Origin: Bacillota bacterium
GTDB taxonomy: Bacteria > Bacillota > Limnochordia > Limnochordales > ZCTH02-B6
Direction: 5' to 3'
DNA length: 61,617 nucleotides
Assembly (NCBI GenBank): GCA_017578085.2
Contig: PKQR02000003.1
Location: forward strand, 1-61,617
Positions within the stretch are counted from its first letter, which is position 1; the number at the start of each line of letters is the position of its first letter. Below, piece by piece: positions 10,180-20,254 of this stretch. The position numbers were made by a program, and so were the translations under genes. The notes under the pieces were generated by a model. It had not been told where the DNA came from. It ran no database searches and was given only the letters and a program-made list of their open reading frames with translations.

Positions 10180-11804
10180 TCCGCGAGCTCCTCATCGGCG
10201 CGGCGGCCGCCCTGCTGGTTTTCTTGGCTGTCAATGGAATAGACATCACTCCCTTCATTTTTCTGGGCGCCGTCGGCGCGGCGTTCTGGTTCCTGTTGGA
10301 AGGGCGCGGCACCGGCCGCCGTTTTGAGGTGGTGAACGCCTCCGGCGACGGCGGGTCGCCCCCGGTCACCTTCGCCGATGTGGGCGGGCAGGAGGTACCT
10401 AAGCGGGAGCTGATGGAGGCCCTCGAGTTTGTGCGGGAGGCGGAACGGGTGGCCCGCATGGGGATTCGCCCGCTCAAGGGAATCCTGCTGGCTGGCCCGC
10501 CGGGAACGGGCAAGACGCTCATGGCGAAGGCGGCCGCCCACTATACCGACTCCGTGTTCTTGTCCGCCTCCGGTTCGCAGTTTGTCGAGATGTACGCGGG
10601 GGTGGGCGCGCAGCGGGTGCGGCGGCTCTTCCGTGAAGCCCGGGAGCTGGCGCGGCGGCAGGGGAAACGAAGCGCGGTGGTGTTCATCGACGAGATCGAG
10701 GTGCTCGGTGGGCGCCGCGGCCAGCACGGAAGCCACTTGGAGTACGACCAGACGCTGAACCAGCTGCTGGTGGAGATGGACGGCCTCGCCGCCGACGATC
10801 CCGTGCGGGTGCTGGTCATCGGGGCGACGAACAGGCCCGACCTGTTGGACCCGGCCTTGCTGCGGCCCGGGCGGTTTGACCGGATCGTGCACGTGGACCT
10901 GCCCGATCGCGAGGGGCGCCTGCACATCCTGAAAATCCACGCGCGCGGCAAGCCTCTGGCCGAAGACGTCGACCTGGAAGCGGTGGCGCGGGACACGTAC
11001 GGGTTCTCGGGAGCGCACCTGGAGAACCTGCTCAACGAGGCGGCCATCCTGGCTATGCGGGCCGGGAAGGATCGCATTGGGAAGGCGGAGATCAGGGACG
11101 CCATTGACAAGGTCATCATGGGCGAGAAACTGGACCGCCGGCCGCGGCGGGAGGAGATGGAACGGGTCGCCGTGCACGAGATCGGCCACGCCATCGTCGC
11201 CGAGCTGGTCCGGCCCGGCGCGGTGGCCCAGGTGACCGTCACGCCCCGGGGCCGGGCGCTAGGCTACATGCGGCAGACGCCGGCTGACGACCAGTACCTT
11301 TACACCTGCGACGAGCTCCGGGGCCAGATCGCGGTGGCCTTGGGCGGCGCGGTGGCAGAGGAACTCATCTTGGGTAACCGCAGCACTGGGTCGGCCGGCG
11401 ACTTTGAGCAGGCAGCCCAGCTGGCCGAGCGCATGGTCCTCGCCGGCATGTCGCGCCTTGGCATCGTGCACAAGGATCGCTTGCCACCCAACGTGCTCCA
11501 CGACGAGATCCAGGCCATCCTGCACCAAGAGGAGCAGCGGGTGCGGGCATGGTTGGCGGACCACCGGGATGCCCTCATCGACCTGGCGAAGCGCTTGCTC
11601 GAGGATGAGAAGCTGGCCGGTGACGAGCTGCGGGCCCGCTTGGCCCGATCCCAAGCCGCGGCCGCACCGGTCCCGGCCGGCGGGGCGCCACAGGACGCCT
11701 CCACCCCTTGGGCACCGGTGCCGCCAGGGGCGAACACCCCATGGGTTCCGGCGCCGGGAGTCCCTTGGGATGGCGCCCCAACGGGCCCTTGGGCGACCGC
11801 CTAG
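10176..11804 (+). CDS. FtsH-like AAA+ zinc metalloprotease (M41), short N-terminus
   Basis: GPPGTGKT, VFIDE, FVEMYAGVG pore loop, ATNRPDLLDPALLRPGRFDR and HEIGH motifs. Confidence 0.92.
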   Translation: MIRELLIGAAAALLVFLAVNGIDITPFIFLGAVGAAFWFLLEGRGTGRRFEVVNASGDGGSPPVTFADVGGQEVPKRELMEALEFVREAERVARMGIRPLKGILLAGPPGTGKTLMAKAAAHYTDSVFLSASGSQFVEMYAGVGAQRVRRLFREARELARRQGKRSAVVFIDEIEVLGGRRGQHGSHLEYDQTLNQLLVEMDGLAADDPVRVLVIGATNRPDLLDPALLRPGRFDRIVHVDLPDREGRLHILKIHARGKPLAEDVDLEAVARDTYGFSGAHLENLLNEAAILAMRAGKDRIGKAEIRDAIDKVIMGEKLDRRPRREEMERVAVHEIGHAIVAELVRPGAVAQVTVTPRGRALGYMRQTPADDQYLYTCDELRGQIAVALGGAVAEELILGNRSTGSAGDFEQAAQLAERMVLAGMSRLGIVHKDRLPPNVLHDEIQAILHQEEQRVRAWLADHRDALIDLAKRLLEDEKLAGDELRARLARSQAAAAPVPAGGAPQDASTPWAPVPPGANTPWVPAPGVPWDGAPTGPWATA

Positions 11805-11827
11805 CTGGCCGCCAAAGCCGGCCGTGG

Positions 11828-12727
11828 CTAACGCGCCAGCCGCCGGCTGTCCGGCAGGGGATTTTTCAGCGGTTGCCGATCCCTGAAAACGAGCCAGAGC
11901 CCGCTTAAGGCCGCCAGCCCCAAGCTCACCAACTGCGCGAGCGTCAGCCCGGCGGCCACCGGCGTCCCGATGCGGAAAAACTCAACCCAGAAGCGGCCGA
12001 GGGAGTAGGCGGCTAGGTACAGGAAGAGCACGTCGCCCTCCCGGGCGCCGGGACGGCGCCGGTACCACAACAGCAGGCCGAACACGGCCAAGTTCCAGAG
12101 GGATTCATACAGGAACGTCGGATGGAAATAGGCCTCCGAGGCCCACTCGGGCGGGCGGTACTCGGGGGCCACGTACATTTTCCAGGGAACGTCGGTCGGA
12201 TAGCCGAAGAGTTCCTGGTTGAAAAAGTTGCCCCAGCGGCCCAAGGCCTGCCCCAGCGGCAACGCCGGGAGCACCACGTCGGCGAAGGTCAAGAAAGGCA
12301 CCCGGAGCTTGCGGGCGTACACGAAGACGGCCAATAGCCCGCCCGCGATGACCCCGTGCATGGAGAGGCCGCCCTCCCAGACGGCCACGATCCGCGCCGG
12401 CTCGGACAGGTAGTAACCGAGGTTCTGGAGGACGTATGCGAGGCGCGCCCCCACGAAGCCGCTGGCCCCCGCCAGGAGGGCGAAGTCGTACAGCACCTCC
12501 GGGTCGATCCCTTTCCGCCTGGCCTCCGCGGCGGCGATGTAGAAACCGGGGATAAAAGAGACAGCGATAAGGAACCCGTACCAGCGGATGCGCACTGGCC
12601 CGAGCTCAACCAAGAAGGGGTCGATCGGCCGCTCCCCAGCGAACATGGGCCGCACCCAGAGAAAGATGAGGACCGCCGCAGCCAAGGCGGCGGGCACGAG
12701 GTACCAGAGCAGGCGGGGACGGGGGAT
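11828..12727 (-). CDS. lgt: Prolipoprotein diacylglyceryl transferase
   Basis: IRWYG, GARLAYV, GGLSMHG, GRWGNFFNQE and HPTFLYES motifs; start either ATC 12727 (7 nt from SD AAGGAGGG) or GTG 12697. Confidence 0.92.
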   Translation of the reverse strand: MPRPRLLWYLVPAALAAAVLIFLWVRPMFAGERPIDPFLVELGPVRIRWYGFLIAVSFIPGFYIAAAEARRKGIDPEVLYDFALLAGASGFVGARLAYVLQNLGYYLSEPARIVAVWEGGLSMHGVIAGGLLAVFVYARKLRVPFLTFADVVLPALPLGQALGRWGNFFNQELFGYPTDVPWKMYVAPEYRPPEWASEAYFHPTFLYESLWNLAVFGLLLWYRRRPGAREGDVLFLYLAAYSLGRFWVEFFRIGTPVAAGLTLAQLVSLGLAALSGLWLVFRDRQPLKNPLPDSRRLAR

Positions 12728-12810
12728 GGCGCAACCCTCCTTCGTGTCGTGGGCCGGGGGAAGCTAGCCGGCGACACAGGTATTATAATGCAAGTGTGGG
12801 AATCGCATAA

Positions 12811-14154
12811 ATGAAAGGCATGGGGGTTGCCGCGGTGGCCAACAGCGCGCAGGACGGCCAGACCAACGCGCAGGCGCAGGGACAAGCCGGTGTGACGGTC
12901 CCGCCCCGGGCGGAGCTCGTGATGATCGGCACCGAGATGCTGCTCGGTGAGATCATTGACAGCAACGCCGCCCGGATCGCCCAAAGGCTGGCGGGTCTAG
13001 GCATCTACGTGTATTTCAAGACGACCGTCGGGGACAATTGGACCCGCATGGCGGCGGCCCTCAGCCAGGCCTTGACCCGGGCGGACATCGTCATCACCAG
13101 CGGGGGACTCGGGCCCACCCAGGACGATCTGACCAGGGAAGTTGTCGCGGCGGTGCTGGGGGTGCCGCTGGTTGAGGACCCGGTCGCCCTGGAGCATGTG
13201 GAAAGCTGGTTTCGCCGCCACAACCGGCCCATGCCGGCCACCAACCGCAAGCAAGCCCTCATCCCGCAGGGAGCGGTCATCATCCCCAACCCCAAGGGCA
13301 CGGCTCCGGGCATCATCGCCCGCCGGGGACACCAGGCGGTCATCTGCCTGCCGGGCGTTCCTTATGAGTTGGAAACCATGCTGGATGAGACCGTCGTCCC
13401 GTACCTCAAGCGCCACTACGTCACCAACGGCAGCCTCCATTCCCGGGTGCTCAAGTTTTACGGCATCGGCGAGTCGCTCTTGGCGGAGCGCCTTGACGAC
13501 CTGCTGGCCATGGAGAACCCCACAGTCGCCACTTACGCTGGCCGGGTCGAGGTGCGGGTACGGATCACCGCCCGCGCCAGGAGCGAGGAGGAAGCGGCGG
13601 CCCTGCTCGTGCCGGTGGAAGAGGAAATCCGCCGGCGGGTCGGCGACTACCTGTACGGCTACGATCAAGACACCTTGGAAACGGTGGCGGGACAAGCCCT
13701 GCGGGCCGCCGGGTGGACGCTGGCCCTAGCCGAATCGTGCACCGGCGGGCTGATCGCTTCCCGCATCGTCAACGTGCCGGGTAGCTCCGAATACTTCCTC
13801 GGCGGCGTCGTCGCCTACAGCAACGACGCCAAGGTGGAACTCTTGGGGGTGCCGGCCGATCTGCTGGCGGCCCACGGCGCGGTGTCGGCGCCCGTGGCGG
13901 AGGCGATGGCGGTCGGGGCCATGCGGCGCCTGGGAGCCACCCTCGGGGTATCGGTGACGGGCATCGCCGGACCCGGGGGCGGCACACCGGAGAAGCCTGT
14001 CGGACTTGTCTACATCGGCCTCGCACGCGGCGACTGGACCGAAGTTCATCGGCTGCAGCTGGGTGGGGACCGGGAGCGCATCCGCTGGCACACGTCGCAG
14101 GCGGCCCTCGATCTCATCCGGCGCCACGCGCAGGCTGCAGCCCCGAGCGGGTAA
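12811..14154 (+). CDS. cinA: Competence/damage-inducible protein A (MoCF-like + PncC domain)
   Basis: IGTEMLLG, SGGLGPTQDD, AESCTGG and TGIAGPGGGT motifs; TATAAT at 12784; start may be GTG 12835. Confidence 0.93.
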   Translation: MKGMGVAAVANSAQDGQTNAQAQGQAGVTVPPRAELVMIGTEMLLGEIIDSNAARIAQRLAGLGIYVYFKTTVGDNWTRMAAALSQALTRADIVITSGGLGPTQDDLTREVVAAVLGVPLVEDPVALEHVESWFRRHNRPMPATNRKQALIPQGAVIIPNPKGTAPGIIARRGHQAVICLPGVPYELETMLDETVVPYLKRHYVTNGSLHSRVLKFYGIGESLLAERLDDLLAMENPTVATYAGRVEVRVRITARARSEEEAAALLVPVEEEIRRRVGDYLYGYDQDTLETVAGQALRAAGWTLALAESCTGGLIASRIVNVPGSSEYFLGGVVAYSNDAKVELLGVPADLLAAHGAVSAPVAEAMAVGAMRRLGATLGVSVTGIAGPGGGTPEKPVGLVYIGLARGDWTEVHRLQLGGDRERIRWHTSQAALDLIRRHAQAAAPSG

Positions 14155-14287
14155 GCGCCTAGGCGGCGGCACGAGCCAGCGGCTCCTGCCGGGGTCCAGA
14201 CTGCTGCAAAGGAAACCCCCTGCCGCCGTCGAAGTCGTACCGCGGCCTGTGGCCGCCGGCCGCCGCCCATGGGGGGAGTGGCAAGCA

Positions 14288-14935
14288 TTGGCCCAAAGGA
14301 GACCAGCCCCGCGGCCCGCGGCAACCGGGAAGCCGGGCGAGGAGCGGGTGCGGACGTTTGTGGCCGTGCCGGTGGACGAGGCTGTCCGGCACGGCATCGC
14401 CCGCTGGCAGGCGCGCCTGGCGGCACCCGGTGTCGATATCAAGTGGGTGGAGCCCCACAACCTTCACATCACGCTGGCGTTCCTCGGGGAGCTGGAGCGG
14501 GCCGCCGTGGCGAGGGTGGAGGATGCGGTCGTGCAGGCTTGCGCCGGGCACCGCCTGTTCACCCTGGGGTTTAACGGTTTCGGCGTATTTCCTGACTGGC
14601 GCGCACCTCGGGTCCTATGGATCGGAGCCGGGCAGGGAGCCGAGGAACTCATCGCCTTGGCCCAATCGATTTGCGGCGCGCTGCGGGCGGCGGGTTTCGC
14701 CCTGGACGATCGCCCCTACCGGCCGCACCTGACCGTGGGACGATGGCGGACGCCACGCGGGGCAGACTCGGTGCGGGCTGCTGTGGAACAGGCGGAGAGC
14801 GGGCTTCCGCCGTGCCGGCTGGACCGGGTGGACGTCATGGCGAGCCGCCTGACGCCGCGCGGCCCGGTTTACACTGTCATCAGGCACGTCACCTTGGGGG
14901 AGGCCGGCGCCCCGGGGGACAACGGAGGGGATTGA
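14288..14935 (+). CDS. thpR: RNA 2',3'-cyclic phosphodiesterase (2H family)
   Basis: RTFVAV, two HxT motifs (HITL, HLTV) and PRVLW; start TTG 14288 or GTG 14348. Confidence 0.9.
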   Translation: MAQRRPAPRPAATGKPGEERVRTFVAVPVDEAVRHGIARWQARLAAPGVDIKWVEPHNLHITLAFLGELERAAVARVEDAVVQACAGHRLFTLGFNGFGVFPDWRAPRVLWIGAGQGAEELIALAQSICGALRAAGFALDDRPYRPHLTVGRWRTPRGADSVRAAVEQAESGLPPCRLDRVDVMASRLTPRGPVYTVIRHVTLGEAGAPGDNGGD

Positions 14936-14936
14936 A

Positions 14937-15989
14937 ATGACGACGGCGGAGCGGCAAAAGGCGCTGGAAGCGGCGCTGTTCCAGATTGAAAAGCAGTTTG
15001 GCCGCGGGTCCATCATGCGGCTGGGGGAAGCGGCCCAGCGCAACGTGGAGGTGATCCCGACCGGCTCCTTGGCGCTGGACATCGCCCTCGGCGTCGGCGG
15101 GGTGCCCCGGGGCCGCATCATCGAGATCTATGGCCCCGAGTCTTCTGGCAAGACCACGCTCGCGCTGCACATCATCGCGGAGGCGCAGCGGGCCGGCGGC
15201 ATGGCGGCCTTTATCGACGCCGAGCACGCCCAGGATCCGGCCTACGCGCAGCAGCTGGGCGTCGACATCGACAACTTGCTGATCTCGCAGCCGGACACAG
15301 CGGAGCAGGCGCTGGAGATAGCTGAGGCGCTGGTGCGCAGCGGCGCCGTGGACGTGATCGTGATCGACTCGGTGGCGGCCCTCGTGCCGCGGGCGGAAAT
15401 CGAAGGGGAAATGGGCGACGCTCACGTCGGCCTCCAGGCGCGCCTCATGTCCCAGGCCCTGCGCAAGCTGACGGGCGCCATCAGCAAATCCCGCACGACG
15501 GTGGTCTTCATCAACCAAATCCGCGAGAAGGTGGGCGTCCTCTTCGGCTCGCCGGAGACGACCCCGGGCGGGCGGGCGCTTAAGTTTTACGCCTCCATTC
15601 GGATGGAGATCCGGCGGGTGGATTCCATCAAGCATGGTGCGGACATCGTCGGCAGCCGCACCCGCGTCAAGGTCGTCAAGAACAAGCTGGCGCCGCCGTT
15701 TAAGGAAGCCGAGTTCGACATCATGTACGGCGAAGGCATTTCCAAGGTCGGCAACATCTTGGACATGGCCAGCAAGTACGAGATCGTGACCAAGACCGGC
15801 ACGTGGTTTACCTACGGTGACGTGCGCCTCGGGCAAGGCCGGGAGAACGCCAAGCAGTTCCTCAAGGAGAACCCGGATCTGGCGGCCGAGATCGAGAACA
15901 AGGTGCGAGAAGTCGCAGGCCTGCCGCGGCTGCCTGTGACGGCGGCGCCTTCCGGCAACGGGCAAGTGGTGGTGGCGGGCGATTCCTAG
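14937..15989 (+). CDS. recA: Recombinase RecA
   Basis: [17 protein letters not shown] and [10 protein letters not shown] motifs; no intein seen. Confidence 0.99.
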   Translation: MTTAERQKALEAALFQIEKQFGRGSIMRLGEAAQRNVEVIPTGSLALDIALGVGGVPRGRIIEIYGPESSGKTTLALHIIAEAQRAGGMAAFIDAEHAQDPAYAQQLGVDIDNLLISQPDTAEQALEIAEALVRSGAVDVIVIDSVAALVPRAEIEGEMGDAHVGLQARLMSQALRKLTGAISKSRTTVVFINQIREKVGVLFGSPETTPGGRALKFYASIRMEIRRVDSIKHGADIVGSRTRVKVVKNKLAPPFKEAEFDIMYGEGISKVGNILDMASKYEIVTKTGTWFTYGDVRLGQGRENAKQFLKENPDLAAEIENKVREVAGLPRLPVTAAPSGNGQVVVAGDS

Positions 15990-15993
15990 AGTC

Positions 15994-16473
15994 GTGCCGG
16001 ACGATGTTGCCGCGGCCAAAGCGGCGGCCTTGCGTCTGCTGGCGGTCCGGGCTCGCACCGCACAGGAGCTGGAGCGCAGGCTTGTCCGCCGGGGCTTCTC
16101 CCCGGCGGTGGCGGCGGAGGTGCTGGCCTGGTGCCAGAGCCTGGGGTACGTGAACGATGAGCTGTTCGCCGAGGATTGGATCCGCAACCGTACGGGCAGC
16201 CGGCCCAGCGGGCGCCGCCGGATCGAGCATGAGCTGCGGGAGAAGGGCATCCATCCGGAACTGGCCCGCCGGAAGTTGGACGAGCTCTTGTCCGACGAGG
16301 ACGAGCAGGCCCGGTGCCTGGAACTGGCCCGCCAGCAGTACGCCCGGTTGAGCCGCTTGCCGCCCGAGGTGCGGTGGCGGCGCCTGAGCGGGTTTCTGCT
16401 GCGGCGAGGCTTCTCGCCCGAGGCTGTGCAGCGCGCCTTGGCCCAAGTTGACAGTGGTTACGAAAGCCATTAG
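15994..16473 (+). CDS. recX: Regulatory protein RecX
   Basis: Directly after recA; ALRLLAVRAR, GYVNDELFA and FLLRRGFS motifs. Confidence 0.92.
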   Translation: MPDDVAAAKAAALRLLAVRARTAQELERRLVRRGFSPAVAAEVLAWCQSLGYVNDELFAEDWIRNRTGSRPSGRRRIEHELREKGIHPELARRKLDELLSDEDEQARCLELARQQYARLSRLPPEVRWRRLSGFLLRRGFSPEAVQRALAQVDSGYESH

Positions 16474-16476
16474 AAT
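16448..16476 (+). promoter_or_regulatory. Sigma-A promoter for rny, inside the recX 3' end
   Basis: TTGACA-N17-TAGAAT. Confidence 0.75.
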
Positions 16477-16513
16477 GAGGGCGGGTACGTAGGTCCGACA
16501 GAGGTTGCATCAT

Positions 16514-16539
16514 GGCCGAGCCGAGTCTCGGCCTTCTTT
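16514..16539 (+). terminator. Terminator-like hairpin between recX and rny
   Basis: ggccgag-N6-ctcggcc followed by ttcttt. Confidence 0.45.
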
Positions 16540-16604
16540 GCAGGTTCTTGACCGATCAAGCCAAGTGCAGTGCGAAACCCCGGGACCTTGACAACTGAAG
16601 GGAG

Positions 16605-18146
16605 GTGAAGCCGACGCCGCAAGTGCTGCTGTATGTCCTGACGGCGATTGTCGCGGGGCTGCTCGGCTACGCCGCCCGGCGCTACATCGCCGAAGCCAAG
16701 GTGCGTTCGGCGGAGGAGCAGGCGGCTCAGATCCTGGAGCAGGCCGCGAAGGAAGCGGAAGCCAAGGTGCGGGAAGCCTTGGTGGAAGCGAAGGAAGAGG
16801 CAGTGCGCCTGCGGCAGGAGGCGGAACAGGAGCTTAAGGAACGGCGCCAGGAGTTGCAGCGCTTGGAGCGCCGCCTGAGCCATAAGGAAGAGAACCTGGA
16901 CCGCCGCCTGGCGCAGTTGGAACGGAAAGAAGAGGCGCTTAACCGGCAGGCTGCGGAGCTTGAGCGCATGCAGGCCGAAGCCAGCGAGCTGATTCAACGC
17001 CAGCGGGCCGAGCTGGAGCGGATCAGCGGGCTGACGGCCGAACAGGCCAGGGAATACCTGCTCAAGACCGTGGAAAACGAGGTCCGCCACGACATGGCGG
17101 TCATGATTCGCGAGATCGAACAGGAAGCCAAGGACGAAGCCGAGAAGCGGGCCCGCAACGTGATCGGCCTTGCCATCCAGCGCTACGCGGCGGATCACGT
17201 GTCCGAGGCGACGGTCTCGGTGGTCAGCCTGCCGAGCGACGACATGAAGGGGCGGATTATCGGCCGCGAGGGCCGCAACATCCGCACGCTGGAAGCGCTG
17301 ACGGGCGTCGACCTCATCATCGACGACACCCCCGAGGCGGTGGTTCTGTCGTCGTTCGATCCGGTACGGCGGGAGATCGCCCGGATTGCACTGGAGAAGC
17401 TCATCGCTGACGGGCGCATCCACCCAGCCCGCATCGAAGAGATGGTGGAAAAGGCCCGCCGGGAAGTGGAGAACAGCATCCGCGAGGCGGGCGAGCAGGC
17501 GTGCCTGCAGCTGGGAATTCACGGCATCCACCCCGAGCTGGTGAAGCTGCTGGGGCGTTTGAAGTACCGTTACAGCTACGGCCAGAACGTACTGCAGCAT
17601 TCTATTGAAGTGGCCCACCTCGCCGGAATGATGGCGGCTGAGCTGGGCTGTGATGTAAAGGTCGCCCGCCGTGCAGGTTTGCTGCACGATATCGGCAAGG
17701 CGGTCGACCACGAGACCGAGGGCACCCACGTCAAGATCGGAATGGACCTGTTGCGCCGCTACCGGGAGTCGCCCGAGGTCATCCACGCGATGGCCTGCCA
17801 CCACGGGGACTTCGAGCCCCAGACGGTGGAGGCGATGCTGGTGACGGCAGCGGACGCCATCTCCGCCGCCCGGCCCGGTGCCCGGCGGGAAAGCCTGGGC
17901 AACTACATCAAGCGGCTGGAGCGGCTGGAAGCCATCGCCAACTCCTTTGAGGGAGTGGAGAAGTCGTACGCTATCCAGGCCGGCCGCGAGATTCGCATCA
18001 TGGTCAAGCCGGACAAGGTCGACGACGCGATGGCGACGCTGATGGCACGGGAGATCGTCAAGCGGATCGAGTCGGAGCTACAGTACCCGGGGCAGATCAA
18101 GGTGACCGTGATCCGCGAAACCCGCGCCGTAGAATACGCCAAGTGA
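16605..18146 (+). CDS. rny: Ribonuclease Y
   Basis: N-terminal TM, coiled coil, KH motif [16 protein letters not shown] motif LLHDIGK; true start possibly ACG 16614. Confidence 0.98.
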   Translation: MKPTPQVLLYVLTAIVAGLLGYAARRYIAEAKVRSAEEQAAQILEQAAKEAEAKVREALVEAKEEAVRLRQEAEQELKERRQELQRLERRLSHKEENLDRRLAQLERKEEALNRQAAELERMQAEASELIQRQRAELERISGLTAEQAREYLLKTVENEVRHDMAVMIREIEQEAKDEAEKRARNVIGLAIQRYAADHVSEATVSVVSLPSDDMKGRIIGREGRNIRTLEALTGVDLIIDDTPEAVVLSSFDPVRREIARIALEKLIADGRIHPARIEEMVEKARREVENSIREAGEQACLQLGIHGIHPELVKLLGRLKYRYSYGQNVLQHSIEVAHLAGMMAAELGCDVKVARRAGLLHDIGKAVDHETEGTHVKIGMDLLRRYRESPEVIHAMACHHGDFEPQTVEAMLVTAADAISAARPGARRESLGNYIKRLERLEAIANSFEGVEKSYAIQAGREIRIMVKPDKVDDAMATLMAREIVKRIESELQYPGQIKVTVIRETRAVEYAK

Positions 18147-18197
18147 CTGCTGCGGCCCGGGTTGGTCACCGGCTGCCGCTTTGGTTGAGGCCACAAG

Positions 18198-18240
18198 ACC
18201 GGTCCAGGGGCTTCGACGCCCCGGGGACCGGTTTTTTGTT
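18198..18240 (+). terminator. Intrinsic terminator after rny
   Basis: GC-rich stem accggtcc-ggggc / gcccc-ggaccggt followed by a T tract. Confidence 0.8.
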
Positions 18241-18304
18241 GGGCAGGGCAGGACTCGCGGACCGAAGCAGCGAATGGACAAGCCGGTTGGGGGAGGGGAA
18301 GGGC

Positions 18305-18844
18305 GTGACGTGTCCACCCACGGCCGGGGGAGCCCCTGCCGGTGATGCCCACTTGGTGGCGTCCCTCTTGGCCCGGTATCCCGAAATCGGCTCCTTGGAG
18401 TACTGCCCGCGCTCCCGTCGCTTCACCTTTACCTTCTTGATCACGGCCACAGGCCTCAACATGCCCGCATTCCAGGAGCGGGTGAAGGAAAGCCTGCAAG
18501 CTTACAGTTTCCTGTCCGGCCACTCCGTGGACTTGCTGATCGTCGACTGGGTCGAAGAGGCCGGCGTCACGCTGCTGCGCATCGTCCGGGACCTGCCGAC
18601 CTTGCGCCACGAAGAAATCGCGTTGCTCATCGGCTTGGTGCAGCAGGAGTTCTCCGATCTCATCGCCTGCGAGGCCGGCGCACCAGCTCCTGAATTTGAC
18701 GGGCCCATGCAGGAGGAACTCATCCAGCACATGCTGGAAGATTTTCGGGAAGCTCCCCGCAGCCGGGAACTGATCGGTTTCCGCCGCGAGGGGCGGGTGG
18801 TCGTTTACCACCGGCAGCCGGCCGCCGCCAAACCCCGCCGGTAG
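18305..18844 (+). CDS. Hypothetical protein
   Basis: Protein-like composition; GTG 18305 after SD GGGAGG and downstream of the rny terminator. Confidence 0.75.
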   Translation: MTCPPTAGGAPAGDAHLVASLLARYPEIGSLEYCPRSRRFTFTFLITATGLNMPAFQERVKESLQAYSFLSGHSVDLLIVDWVEEAGVTLLRIVRDLPTLRHEEIALLIGLVQQEFSDLIACEAGAPAPEFDGPMQEELIQHMLEDFREAPRSRELIGFRREGRVVVYHRQPAAAKPRR

Positions 18845-18862
18845 CGGAGGGAAGCACTCCCC

Positions 18863-19846
18863 ATGTCAAACCGACTGGCCGCCAGCAACTCGTTCCACCG
18901 GGAATGCTTTGTCGTCGACGCCCATTGCGACACGGCGCTGCGGTTGGTAAATGGCGCGTCCCTTGAGGACCCGGAGCCCAAGGGCCACGTTGACCTGCCG
19001 CGCCTTGTGGCGGGCGGCGTGGACCTCCAGATCTTCGCCCTGTGGGTCGACGCCCGCCAGCGCCGGGGAGGGTTTACGGTCCGGTGCCTGGAGCTCCTTG
19101 AGGCGGTGGAGCGGGAAGTGGCGGCGCACCCTGACCGGCTGCAGCTGATCCTGACACGCCAAGACCTGAACGCGGCCCGCGCCGCGGGCAAAATCGGTGT
19201 CTTGCTCTCCATCGAGGGCGGCGAAGCCCTGGAAGGCAGCTTGGCCGCCCTGCGGGCTTTCTATCGCCTCGGGGTGCGGGCCATGGGATTGACCTGGAAC
19301 GGCCGCAATGAGCTGGCGGACGGGTGCGGCGACGCCGACTCCGGCGGCGGGCTGACCGCGTTCGGCCGGCAGGTGGTGCAGGAGATGAACCGCCTGGGCA
19401 TGGTGGTGGACGTCTCGCACTTGTCGGAACGGGGTTTCTGGGATGTCCTGGAGGTCAGCCGGCGCCCGGTCATCGCTTCCCACTCCAACGCCCGGGCCGT
19501 CTGCGACCACCGGCGCAACCTCTATGACGCGCAAATCCGGGCCCTGGCCGAGAACGGCGGGGTCATGGGCATGAACTTTTGCCCCGAGTTCCTGCGCAGC
19601 GATGGGCCCGCCACCCTGGAAGACGTGGTGCGCCACATCGACCACATCGTGGACTTGGTTGGACCGGACCACGTGGGGCTCGGTTCGGACTTCGACGGCA
19701 TCGACAGCACCCCCATCGGGCTCGAAGATGTTAGCCGCTTGCCCGCCCTTACGGAAGCGCTGCTGGCGCGTGGATATGACGAGGCCAGCGTCGAAAAGAT
19801 CCTGGGCGGGAATTTCTTGCGGGTTTTCCAGTCCGTCCTTCCCTAG
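18863..19846 (+). CDS. Membrane dipeptidase family (peptidase M19)
   Basis: DAHCD, SIEGG, DVSH, ASHSN and GSDFDG motifs. Confidence 0.93.
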   Translation: MSNRLAASNSFHRECFVVDAHCDTALRLVNGASLEDPEPKGHVDLPRLVAGGVDLQIFALWVDARQRRGGFTVRCLELLEAVEREVAAHPDRLQLILTRQDLNAARAAGKIGVLLSIEGGEALEGSLAALRAFYRLGVRAMGLTWNGRNELADGCGDADSGGGLTAFGRQVVQEMNRLGMVVDVSHLSERGFWDVLEVSRRPVIASHSNARAVCDHRRNLYDAQIRALAENGGVMGMNFCPEFLRSDGPATLEDVVRHIDHIVDLVGPDHVGLGSDFDGIDSTPIGLEDVSRLPALTEALLARGYDEASVEKILGGNFLRVFQSVLP

Positions 19847-20005
19847 AGCTCCCGGCGCCTTTCCCCAGGTCCCGGAGCGCATCGATTTCCTTCCTGTTCC
19901 AGCTCGCCCTTCGCCAGCGGACTGACTACCGGGCTGCCCCCACTGCCATACTACCCCCAGGAGCCTCCAGCTCGAGAAACCAGCGCAACCGAAGGGAGGG
20001 CCTCC

Positions 20006-20218
20006 ATGCCCATTGTCAAGGTGATTGAACTGGTGGGCGAGTCGCCCCACAGCTGGGAGGACGCGGCCCAGGTGGCGGTCCGGGAAGCCGCCAAGACCAT
20101 CCGCAACATCACCGGCGTCGAGGTCTTGAACTGGACGGGCAACGTCGACGAGCGCGGCAACATCGTCGAGTACAAGGCCGACGTGCAGGTCGCCTTCGTC
20201 GTCGAGGGCCACGAATAG
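20006..20218 (+). CDS. Dodecin family protein
   Basis: KVIELVGESPHSWEDA...IVEYKADVQVAF; 70 aa; SD GGAGG. Confidence 0.88.
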   Translation: MPIVKVIELVGESPHSWEDAAQVAVREAAKTIRNITGVEVLNWTGNVDERGNIVEYKADVQVAFVVEGHE

Positions 20219-20254
20219 AGCAGGAGCACGCTTCGGCGCACGCCGGGCAAGGGG

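Noticed and set aside
12760-14936. LexA (CGAAC-N4-GTTCG) box for cinA-recA
   Set aside because: No convincing match found by eye upstream of cinA or recA
18143-18304. N-terminal extension of the 18143 ORF
   Set aside because: It spans the rny terminator; a better SD/start exists at 18305
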